From the NCBI RefSeq assembly GCF_006345805.1, contig NC_043007.1:10044001-10108000 (forward strand): a stretch of DNA of 64,000 nt, in the 5' to 3' direction. Position 1 is the stretch's first letter. Every line of letters begins with the position of its first letter. Below are positions 13,351 through 24,480 of this stretch, piece after piece. This stretch comes from Octopus sinensis. Lineage: Eukaryota. The translations under genes and the position numbers were made by a program. The notes below the pieces were generated by a model. It was given only the letters and a program-made list of their open reading frames with translations. It searched no databases and was not told the DNA's origin.

Positions 13351-15627
13351 GTATATATTATCTCTATATATATAAACTCAGAATAGCAATGGTGGGAAAT
13401 GGATGGAGATATACATTGTGTGTGTGTGTATCATCACGTATACACATATATAAAATAATTTTTTGTATGTATATATGTATATATATGTGTGTATATACAA
13501 AAATTTATTCATAGAATCTTATTTTTATTCATTGATTAATATTAGCATACTTGTTTAACAATTGTGCACTTCATAAAATATGTAAACAACAAATTATATA
13601 GGCTCTGTGGCAAGACTAGTGATTATAATTTAATAATTAATACCTAATAGACTTTTAGGTCAATTAGTAATTTTATATTTCATAAGTAAAAAAAGAAAAA
13701 AAAAACAACTTGTAAATTTTTACTTTTGGATCTTACAAATAATTCTATTAGAATTCTATGAATAATTTAATAGCAGTTAATTACTTAAATTTATCAACTA
13801 TTTAATTAGAAAATAATGTTACTGGCTCCACATAAATTAACCCTTCTTATTCCTCTCAAGGTTCACTATTACCTGGAGATATTTCCAGACACAGTTGTCT
13901 GAAATATCAACTTAGTAGCAGCTCTAGTTTATTATCAATATTCTTTAGCCATTTTCAGATTCCATTAACTGTATTACACTGACAGAAAGAGAGAGAGAGA
14001 GAGAGGCAAGCAGCCGTTTTTTCCTGGTTTGTGTATTTTGGTCATCTTAATCTTTCCTTTCTCTCCTGCTATACTGCACAATAGTGTGACTACAGCTAGT
14101 ATCCTGGCCTTATGTGACACACACACACACCACACACACACACACACGGAGCTGACACAATCTCATTGATTATATTTGTTTTTAGAATTGGTGTAGCTAA
14201 AGCAATCTAGGAACTCAGATATGATACCAGAGAAAGAAAATCAATTTTGCCATGCAGTTTCTGCTAGTCAGGAATGCGGGTGCTAATGATGTGGCTATTT
14301 GATTGGCAGGGCCAGTGTTTTGTATCTTCTTCATCCTCTTAGCTGTCAACACTGACCCTAATAACCTGGCTGTAGTCGAAGATGGAACAGCTCTGCACTC
14401 CTTCCTACATTGGCTGTGCTGAGTCACTGTTAAGCTACTAGCATGCTAGTAATAAAGTATGTCAAACTAACACTAGTACTACTACCATTACCAACACCAC
14501 TACAACCAATTGGTCGAGCATAATTTACCATTGCATGCATGCATGCACATGTGCATGCACACGCATTCATACAAATACATGCACATACACACATTCCTCT
14601 AACTGTTGTTTCATGTACATTTTCAAAGAATTAACTTGTTTCCATAGAAACCTGTAGATTTTACTGTTAGAGAGATTATTGCTAAATTTTCAGGTATAAT
14701 CATAATGAATGATTAGCCATTAATTATACCTTTATTATTTCAATCTTGAATCTGCTGGTGAAGTTCCCAGTGAATAATTGAGAATTTAGATTCATAATTT
14801 TCTACATAATTTGAATATTATTTTCTTTCCCAGAAAATTTTATACATTATTTTCTAACAATAATAATATTTTGCAATCAAATAAATGTGTTTCTTTTCTT
14901 GCATTTCTTCTTCATCTTTTTTTTTATAATTATTATCCTTATTTTTACACAGTTTAAGGTACAAACACTATTCCACTAGAACCTTTCTGTAGAAGAGATT
15001 TGGTTGAAAGAATATTTTTTTACTTTGCTGACAATGTTTTACAAAGAATTTGGGCAGATTGTAGAAGGGCTATTTAAAAATTTTTTTTAGCTGTTATTGG
15101 TCTCTTTGGGTTCATTTTTCTGTGTTCCGCTTCACTCCTAACTCTCCTATTATATTATTCCTTATAGTATTTAGTTGTCTATTTATGTAATAAGTTAAGT
15201 TCACACTGGATTTGACTTTGTGTTTGTTTTCCATCCGCTTGGGTCTAAAGAAAGTAAATATTAGTAATATACTATCAATCAATTCAGTACTCCTCCTTTG
15301 AATTATTATTATTATTATTATTATTATGTTCTTTCCTTCTTTGTTCAAATTTTCTTCTGTTTCTCGCCGAGTGTTTTCCATACACCTAGGGCATTATTAT
15401 TATTATTATTATCATTATTATTATTGTTGTTGTTATTGAGGTGGTGAGCTGGCAAAATCATCAGCACACTGGGCAAAATGCTTAGCGGCATTTCATCAGT
15501 CTTTGTGTTCTGAGTTCAAATTTTGGGATCGATAAATTAAGTACCAGTTATGCACTGGAGTCCAGGTAATTGACTAGTCCCCTCCCCCAAATTTCAGGCC
15601 TTGTGCCTATACTAGAAAGGATTATTA

Positions 15628-15960
15628 TCATTATTATTATTATTATTGCCATTATTTCCATGTTACTTCTCAGGGCTATCAATTTCATTTGCTTCATTTG
15701 ATTCTGTACAAGCAGATAATAACCTGTTGTCAAGGATCTTACAGGGTCTCCATGATACTTAACATCCAAGTACCAGTCTCAAAATTCTCGTCCCCATTAA
15801 AGCAGTTCTCTGAGCATGAGCTACCTTCATGTCAATCTCAATTTCTCTAACAAATTTCTCAAATCTGGTTGTTAATGTTTCCAGTACTTCTGCAACTACT
15901 TGTATGAGAGTTACTGTCTACATTTCCATATTCATGCAATCTCATCTTTTAGTGGCTTGT
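15628..15960 (-). mobile_element. R4/Dong-like LINE 3' end (REL endonuclease C-terminus) with (TAA)n tail
   Basis: Minus-strand peptide KPLKDEIA.IWK..VTLIQVV..VL..LTTRFEKFVREIEI.....AQRTALMGT.RILRLVL, then 3'UTR and AAT repeats. Confidence 0.6.
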
Positions 15961-16590
15961 ATTATTATTATTATTGAATGAGAGAGCAGTGCATGCCATC
16001 AAAGTGACACTGGGATAAAATATATGAAGCCCAGTATACTCATCATGACTACCCGTCTGATAAGGGTACACCAGGCACATGCATCACAACCATATGTGCA
16101 CGACATGGTGGTCTCCTATCAAGATTAACAGCACATGACCTTGCAGGTGGGGCTCAGTTGGAATTTTCTTCAGGTCGAGTAGCCCATCTCACTCAAAAGA
16201 TCCCTGAATAAAGGTTGTTTAAGGATGTTGAACGAGACACCCATATTTCTAGAGGTGAATTTTCCAAACCCCCAAGAATTCCTTTCAACACATGGCTACA
16301 ATGCTCCCCCACTACTTCTGCTTGTGATCAGATATGCACATACTGTCAACCACTAAGGGACATGCTCAGCCGGTTAAGGTCAAGCAACTGACAAGCAAAT
16401 CTGTGGTATTGAGCTGAATATTTGCTGTGACCCATCTTTTATACCACAGTTTCCTTCTATCAAATTCCCTTCCAAGGCATTGGTAGGCTTGAAGCTATAG
16501 TAAAAGACACTTGCCCAAGGCACTGTGCAGTGGACCCGAACCTGGAACTATGTGGTTGCATAGTGGGTTTCTTAACTCCACAGCCTACTA
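15961..16590 (-). mobile_element. SINE with family-B-like head and a different 3' body, (AAT)n tail
   Basis: B-type head at about 16590-16450 joined to an unrelated 480-bp body ending CTCTCATTCAATAATAATAAT. Confidence 0.55.
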
Positions 16591-17158
16591 ATATACTGTC
16601 CACTACTTATATCTGTAATTCTCACTAGAATTCACATTTTACATAAATATGGTAGCTTCATTGTGTTCTCTAATGAGCATTTGACAATATGATATTGTTT
16701 AATGGCATCAAAATATAAACATTATTTCTTTTATGATAGGCTAACCACTATTAATTTCTACTTATGAACAGCTAGTGTCCCCAACTTTTTTTTTTATACA
16801 TATGTTACAATTGACCGTTTTTAGTAGCTTCTATTGGAAATTTATATTCTTAACATTGCTATTGTTTCACCAGAGAAACTTATTTTTATTTTTCTTCTCT
16901 TTAGAGCAAATATATAATATTTTAGCTTTGAGCAGTTGACTTAACTATGTAGAGTAGTACTTTCCTATTTGTGATGGAGTACTTCCTATAGATCCTCAAA
17001 ATCATAAACTGCATCGAAAAGAAAGCTATTAATCTTCCCCCCCTCCCCACTCTCTCTCTCTCACTTACATGCACACAAAAAACACACAAACACTTAGAAT
17101 ATTATGTTTCCTCAATGCATTTCTGATAGCTGCTCTTTTGAACGTTTGACATTTTTAA

Positions 17159-17358
17159 CTCTTTAGCATTCAGATTTCTCTGTCAAATGTAATTCTTATT
17201 TATTCGCACTATATTGTAGCTTTGAGATTCTTAATGATGTAATTGTTTATTTTTAGAATAACATTGTAGGGTAGGTATGAGAGCTTGGATCTGACCAGTT
17301 TCAACATAAAACAAGTTGAATATTTTGTACAGATATAGCCAGTTTGAAAGCTAAAGGG
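17159..17358. mobile_element. piggyBac-type MITE
   Basis: TTAA 17155-58 and 17359-62; same internal sequence as the outer element at 11882-12325. Confidence 0.72.
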
Positions 17359-17491
17359 TTAAAAGCAGTCTTGTTGACTGAATACCAACTTGTAGCAATG
17401 AAAATCTCGTGAGATCAAACATTGATTAAATTACATACATTTCTATTTGACTTAGTTATACCAGCTGAAAATAACAACTTATTGTATATAT

Positions 17492-17721
17492 GTTTCTTTA
17501 TTACCCACAAGGGGCTAAACATAGAGGGGACAAACAAGGACAGACAAAGGGATTAAGTCGATTATATCGACCCCAGTGCGTAACTGGTACTTAATTTATC
17601 GACCCCGAAAGGATGAAATGCAAGTCGACCTCAGCGGAATTTTGAACTCAGAACGTAACGACAGACGAAATACGGCTACGTATTACGCCTGGTGTGTTAA
17701 CGATTCTGCCAGCTCGCCGCC
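17492..17721 (-). mobile_element. SINE family A, full copy
   Basis: Reverse complement of the family A consensus, CpG-rich. Confidence 0.88.
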
Positions 17722-19701
17722 TTAAAACTATATACTTGAGTGGCTTCTGTAAGGTATGCATAGCCGACCCCTTTTGAGAGGTGGGTCACCTGAGACATGG
17801 CTCATTGTCAGGCAGGTCAAACTACTAAAAAAAAAAAAGTTGAAGATAATATTTCATTGGCACTTCATTCAGAAAGTCCTGTGAGCCACAGCTTGCTCTC
17901 ATGGCTTGTGTAAGTCATGGAGCAGTAAAATAACTGCTCCAGTATGGTTTTAGACTACTTTTACATGATTTCCTTATCTTTCCTATAACATTTTGTTTGG
18001 TTTTCGTTTGTGCTCCAGAAGCACATGAAGGATCAGGTGTGGCTGTGCGGTGAGAAGTTTGCTTCCCGGCCACATGGTTCCAGGTTCAGTCCTACTGTGT
18101 GGCACTGTGGGCAAATGTCTTCTACTATAATCCCAGACTCACCAAAGCCCTGTGAGTGGATTTGGTATTCAGAAACTGAAAGGTGTGTGTCTGTCTTTGT
18201 GTATATGTTTGTCGCCCATGCTGCTTGACAACGGTGTTGATTTGTTTATGTCACTATATTTTTTTCTTTTATTTTTATAATCTGTATGTTGTTGTTGTTT
18301 GTTCCTTCTCGAGCCATGCCTCGCTCATTACTTAAAGAAAGGACCAATAGAATAAGTACTGGAGTCGATTCGTTTGACTATGCCCTTCAAAGTGGTGCCC
18401 TAGTATGGCCGCAACCTAATGACTGAAACAAAAGGTATTTAGTTTGAGGAAGGACAATTCTTGAAACCATTTCAGGCCAGCTTTGATCTTGTGGGAGGTG
18501 GGGAGGATCTCATTTACTGTCTAATTTGGACTGTTGCAGCAATTAGAGATGGGGAAATATAAACAAAACCAAGAGTTTTTGAAACAATCACCTCCCTGGC
18601 CTATCGAAAGGTCAAATCCTAGAACAGGCATTTACATTTATGTCAAGTTTCCCAGACTCTTTCACAAAGGAAAACCCATGTTTTATGATGTGATAACAGC
18701 GCTGACAACCAAGTTGAAAATGGAAGGTTTCAAGACACTACACGAAAGCTATATCATCAGATACTTGGATTACATACAAAAGACTGCAAGATCAAATTTA
18801 CGAATTCATTAGATTTGTAACAAAAGCAGTTCTTTGTTGTTGACTAATGTCAAAAACTAGTGGCCTACACCAGCAAACAAAACATAAACAATCTCTTGAT
18901 CAAATATTCTACTTGTTCATTTATTTACTTATGTTTGGATAACAATTTAGTTTTGCTTTGTAAATGTATCAGCTTTTGCGAATACATACCTTAAGCATTT
19001 GCATTAATAATTTATTACTCTGTAGATGTGTATATTTATACAGCTTAGTCATAAGGTCAGCACTCTCAGTTTTTGCAAGGTTTCCAAGCCTGGTGAGGCA
19101 GGGTGTGAGAAAGCATGGCATGTCAAGTCTTGAGTAGAGTTTCTTTCTACCTAATTTCACTCACAAGGGTCAAATTGACCCAAGTTTCTTGTGTAGAAGA
19201 CACTTGATTAAACTGCTGTGCAGTGATATCGAACCTGTAGTGACCTGATTGAGAAACCAACTTCTTAATCAGATGGCCGTACTAGTATCATTGATGTATA
19301 TATTTTATTTAAAAACTACTAATTTTAGGGAAGGAAATAAGGAAAATTTGCTGGATACATACATGGCTTAGGTAATTTCTTTAAAGCTTATTTAGATTTT
19401 ACGTTTCCTCAGTCATTCTGTTTGTATCTTTGAAGAAACATGCACGCGCGCGCACACACACACTCTACCCCCCTCTCTCTCCAGAAACAATAGTCAATTC
19501 TTTCTTTCTTTTATCTTGTACTTGTTTCATTCATTGGATTTCTGCCATGCTGGAGCTTCTACCTTGAAAAGTTTAGTCAAATAAATCAATCCCAGTCCTT
19601 ATTTTTTAAAGTTTGGTTCTTCTCATTCTGCTAAGTTACAGGGACATAAACACAACAGTTGTCAAATAATGGTGGGATTGGGAGACATACATCAGGACAA
19701 A

Positions 19702-19747
<46 letters not shown>

Positions 19748-20486
19748 TGTGTGTGTGTGTGTGTGTATATAATGATAGACTTCCATACAGTTTCTTATTT
19801 CTTTATTGCCCACAAGGAGCTTGGTACACAGAATCTGAAGGAAACCTGTTGTGTGTGTACACACACGTGTGCGCATGCATCCCCCCCCCAAGGTATGTGT
19901 ATGTGAATTTTGGTATTTTGCTCCCACTACAGCTTGATAAACAGAGTTGGTTTGTTTACGCACCCCCATAGCTTAGCAGTTTGGCTAAAATCCTTCAAAG
20001 TAGTGCCCCAGCATGGTTACAATCTAGAAGACTGGTATATTTTAGTCACACAAACTAAGGCGAGTAAAACAATGCTGCTCTTCCTATAAGAACAGCACAC
20101 AATTTATTTTACTTTTATTTTTAATATAATTTTATTCATTGGATCTTTACTAGATCTTTCTTTAAACTTTTCTGTGATCTTTCTTTGACACTTTTTATCT
20201 AACTCTTTTGTACTCCCACCAGCCATATCAGGCCCAAATTATTCCATCTAGTTTATATTCAAACTGGCCATATCTGACCTCTTGTACCAATCATCATCAT
20301 CATCATCATCGTTTAACGTCCGTTTTCCGCGCTAGCACGGGTTGGACGGTTCGACCGGTGTCTGGGAAGCCAGGGGCTGCACCAGGCTTCAGTCTGTTCT
20401 GGCAGAGTTTCTACAGCTTGATGCCCTTCCTAACGCCAACCACTCCACGAGTGTAGTGGGTGCTTTTTACGTGCTACCTGCACAGG

Positions 20487-20591
20487 TGCCAGGGGGGTCC
20501 GGCATCGGCCACGATCGGTTGGATCTTTTAACGTGCCACCGGCATGTTAAAAGCTCCAACCGATCGTGGCCGATGCCGGACCCCCCTGGCA
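20487..20591. repeat. 51-bp near-perfect hairpin, 3-nt loop
   Basis: Arms 20487-20537 and 20541-20591; 49/51 Watson-Crick pairs. Confidence 0.92.
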
Positions 20592-22387
20592 TCCTATGAT
20601 GTTATTGTGAAAATAAACAATTGCAACATTAACCCATTAATGCATAGCGTTCAGAAAAATGGATGCAGGAAAAATTGCTATTGCTTGCTAAGTAAAGTAC
20701 CTATTGAGCTTATTTTTGGTATTGTCTGCTTCTGAACTGGTGCTCTGTGAGTGAGCAGGCACTGCGTACAAACAAACCAACTATACACATGCAAAACAAG
20801 TAATAGTAATTTTTCCTGTGACCATTTTTCTGGATGCTAATGCATGATTAATTCAAAATAATGTGAATATATAATAAGCATTACATTTGACAAAGTAATC
20901 TAGCTGCTAAAGGGTTAAAGTTAATTAGTTTTTATTTACTAAAATCTTATTTCAGTTGAATTGTATTTATTTGAATTTGACTAGTTTTTTTTTTATTAAT
21001 AGAAACTGGAATATAAAAGACTTTCACAGAGAATAAAATACTGATATAAGTACTGCAAATTAATTGTACACCATGTTCCCATACTGTTAAAGTAATCGGT
21101 AGAAATATCAACTAAGAGGTTAATGAGTTAACAAGTGGAAAAAGTTTTCTTATGTAGGTGCAGACATGGTTGTGTGGTTAAGAAACTTGCTTTGCAACCA
21201 CATGGTTTTGGGTTCAGTCCCTTTGTATGGCATGTTGGGCTATGATTTGTGAATAAATTAATTGATAGAAACTGTGTGGAAACCCTTCACTTTGTGTATG
21301 TGTTTGTCCTCTACTGTGCACCTTGAGCAAATGTCTTCTATTATAGCCTTGTGAGTAGATTTGGTAGACAAAAACTGAAAGAAGTCTATGTATGTGTGTG
21401 TGTGACCATCACCACTTGACAACTGGTGTTGGTTTGTTTATATCCCTATAACTTAGTGATTCAGCAAAAGAGACCAACAGAATAAGTCCCAGACTTCAAA
21501 AACAAAAGAACTTGGGTTGATTTTTTTTTTTTCAATGAAATCCTTCAAGATGTTGCTCCAGCATGGCTGCAGTCCAATGACTGAAACAAATGAAAGACAC
21601 AGGTTTAGGGTTTGAATGTAGTTTTTGCACTGCTATTAAAGCCACTAAAATTCTAAGCAAATCATGATGCTACGTAACTCTGTGAATATTATTCCTATTG
21701 CATTTTGTTTTCTTGAAACAATTTAATTTTCCCTGAACTTTACCCATTAATGGAGCAAAATAACTTGTTAAAAAAACACAAAATTTCTAAAACATTCACT
21801 CACACACGTATCTATATTCATTTCTTATGGCAGGATATGTTAGAGCTGGAATAGCTAGTAGAGCTATATAGTTGTGAGCAAGCTTTACTTCTGTAGTATC
21901 TCTCATTTGAAAAGGTCAAAAGTTTGAAATTCTGCAAAGAATTATTGATTTGATTTATATAATTAGATTTCACTGCTTCATCTTCGAATTTAAATGAGCC
22001 AAGTGATATATTTAAGATACAATTTTTTTCTTACCTTCCGTATGTAATCTTTCTGAGTACCCTACTAAGATATATATCTAAAAAAAAAAAAAGTATCTGT
22101 GTATCCAATTGCAGTTATTGTGTGTTATTTATTTACTCTTTACTCTTACTCCCTTTTACTCTTTTACTTGTTTCAATCATTTGACTGCGGCCATGCTGGA
22201 GCACCGCCTTTTAGTTGAGCAAATCTACCCCAGGACTTATTCTTTGTAAGCCTTGTACTTATTCTATCGGTCTGTTTTGCCGAACCGCTAAGTAACAGAG
22301 TCGTAAACATACCAGCATTGGTTGTCAAGCGATGTTGCGGGGACAAACACAGACACACAAACACACACGCACACACACACGCATATT

Positions 22388-22422
<35 letters not shown>

Positions 22423-22639
22423 GACAAGCTTCTTTCAGTTTCCGTCTACCAAATCCACTCACAAGGCTTTGGTCGGCCCGAGGCTATAGTGGAAGACACT
22501 TTCCCAAGGTGCCACGCAGTGGGACTGAAACCGGAACCGTGTGGTTGGTAAGCAAGCTACCTTACCACACGGCTGGGTGTTTTTCCATGTGCCACCAGCA
22601 TGGGTGCTTTTTATGTGGCACAGGCATCTGAAAAGGAAA

Positions 22640-22850
22640 GCCTGTATGTGTGAAAGACAGTGATTTTACTTAGCTTCACATGTCTCACCAAGTACAGCAA
22701 ATCACCACATCTTCTGTCATCTCTCGTGTCATTTCCTCAGTGAGGCTCAGTGTCTTTCTCACCACTTCGTCCATATCTTCCTGGGTCTTTTCTCACCACT
22801 TTGTCCCATGTCTTCTTGGGTCTAGCACGTGTGGAGAAATATTTATACCT
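22640..22850 (-). mobile_element. RTE-clade LINE ORF 3' end fragment
   Basis: RPKKTWDKVVRK (tandemly duplicated) ..LSLTEEMT..D..W.FAVL.ET. Confidence 0.55.
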
Positions 22851-22934
22851 CTGACACCTAGTTTTGTCAGTGCTAAAATATCCAAGTAATTTCTTTTGTG
22901 TAACATCATAATCAACCCCTAGACATTGCTGTCT

Positions 22935-23165
22935 TGAGTTATAGGATCCAGTGGGTTGGTTACCTGGTTTTTATTAAGTGTACAGTGATTAAGATCATGG
23001 GATACTTGTCCATTGCAGGATTATTATTCATTTACAGTTGAATGAACTGGGGCAAAGTGAAAGTAAGAGTTTTGTCCAAAAATGCATCATACTACCCAGT
23101 CCAGGAATTGAAACCAAGGTCTTGTGATTGTGAGTGCAACACCCTAATCACCAAGCTATATGTCT
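22935..23165 (-). mobile_element. SINE family D (tRNA head, CORE/V-like body), old copies
   Basis: GGTGATTAGGGTGTTGCACTCAC..GGTTTCAATTCCTGG..CAGTTCATTCAACTGTAAATG..CCTGCAATGGAC. Related copies at about 11690-11850, 42590-42778, 63230-63372 (all minus). Confidence 0.6.
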
Positions 23166-23204
23166 TTCACCTTAAAGACTGAGATATGTTTTTTTATTCA
23201 CACG

Positions 23205-23455
23205 TAAAAAGCACCATCTGATCGTGGCCGTTTGCCAGCCTCATCTGGCACCTGTGCAGGTGGCACGTAAAAAGCACTCACTACACTCACAGAGTTGTTG
23301 GCGTTAGGAAGGGCATCCAGCTGTAGAAACACTGCCAGATCAGACTGGGCCTGGCGCAGCCTACCGGCTCCCCAGACCCCAGTTGAACCGTCCAACCCAT
23401 GCTAGCATGGAAAACGGACGTCAAACGATGATGATGATGATGATGATGATGATGA
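23205..23455 (+). mobile_element. Family C repeat: RTE-type LINE 3'UTR with (GAT)n tail
   Basis: GGCACGTAAAAAGCAC modules, GTTGGCGTTAGGAAGGGCATCCAGCTGTAGAAAC, CATGCTAGCATGGAAA.CGGACGT.AAACGATGATGAT. Other copies at about 20290-20540(-), 41527-41790(-), 48960-49340(-), 56366-56702(+), 58606-58927(-), 59617-59997(-), 62890-63190(-), 63478-63635(+). Longer copies run into RTE ORF-end sequence (..CTGTGCTTGAGAAGACC). Confidence 0.75.
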
Positions 23456-24480
23456 AAAGTGGCTGTGTATTGTATGGCTATTTCTTGAGATATTTAATAT
23501 TTTTGTCTAGTTAAAACATTTACCCTATCAAATAATTACTTCACAGCCACATGGTCGCATCAATTGGCTGTGTAATTTTCTTTTAGTCTTATGAGAGAGA
23601 GAGAGGTGGGGAGTGAAATAATGAAAGATCTTAGTTACAGCATTACTAAATTGTAGAAAGAAACGGTGATGAGTCAGTAAATACAGTGTTTTGTATGATT
23701 GATTTCATGTCCATTCTTTCCATATGCTTGAGTTACACGTCACTTTCAATTATGCACAGCATTACTTGTCTTTTACTATATTGCTTTGAAGTAGGTGTTT
23801 TTAGCTAGATGCTCTCTTAAATGCTAACCAACTAGTGTATCTAGTTTTAAAGCACATTATACTTGGCTGATACTTAAGAGATGAGATTCTAAAGTAAATA
23901 CCAATTCTAAGTGGCAATAGTTAACTTCAATAATTGAATGAGGGCTAATGTTTTTTTAGTTATATGATGGTAATTTTCGTTGTTTAATAGCAGTTTATGG
24001 TGTTTATGTTTTATTTTGCTTCCATTTGTTCTGCAGTTTTGCTTTATTGTTTTTAGCTTCAAAGATTAGCCAGAGTACAAAGAGGAAGTGAATTGTTACA
24101 CATTATATGTTATCATCGTTGCTGCTACTATCATTGATATCACTGTCACTGCCTTTGGTGCTGTTGTTGTTTAGCCCAAGTCAATCCTGATCAAGCTGGC
24201 CAATGATCTCCTCTTTCGAGGTCTATGTCCTTTTCCTTTTATAAACTTTTTAAATGTTAAGGAGTGATTTCAAGGGAGATTTGGCTATTATTTCTAGCAG
24301 GTTGAGCAACTGTGTCGAGGCTTCCATGGCTTGTTACAAATTATTTGTTTATGACTGGTGTGTAAACAGTACAAGTAAACACCTCTTACAGGTAGCCACC
24401 ACCAAGTTGATACCTTGTTTACCTATAAGGTAGTTTATGAGTATATAGCGAAATAGTATCAGTGAGCTGTTGTTGGATAA

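Noticed and set aside
18534-18812. 92-aa ORF with protein-like composition
   Set aside because: No recognisable motif and no convincing splice pair; may be an old transposon fragment.
20342-20599. Recurring ORFs such as MDGSTGVW..., ...SFRLPNPLTR..., ...SVSVYQIHSQGFG...
   Set aside because: Fixed reading frames of SINE B and family C repeats, seen in many copies.
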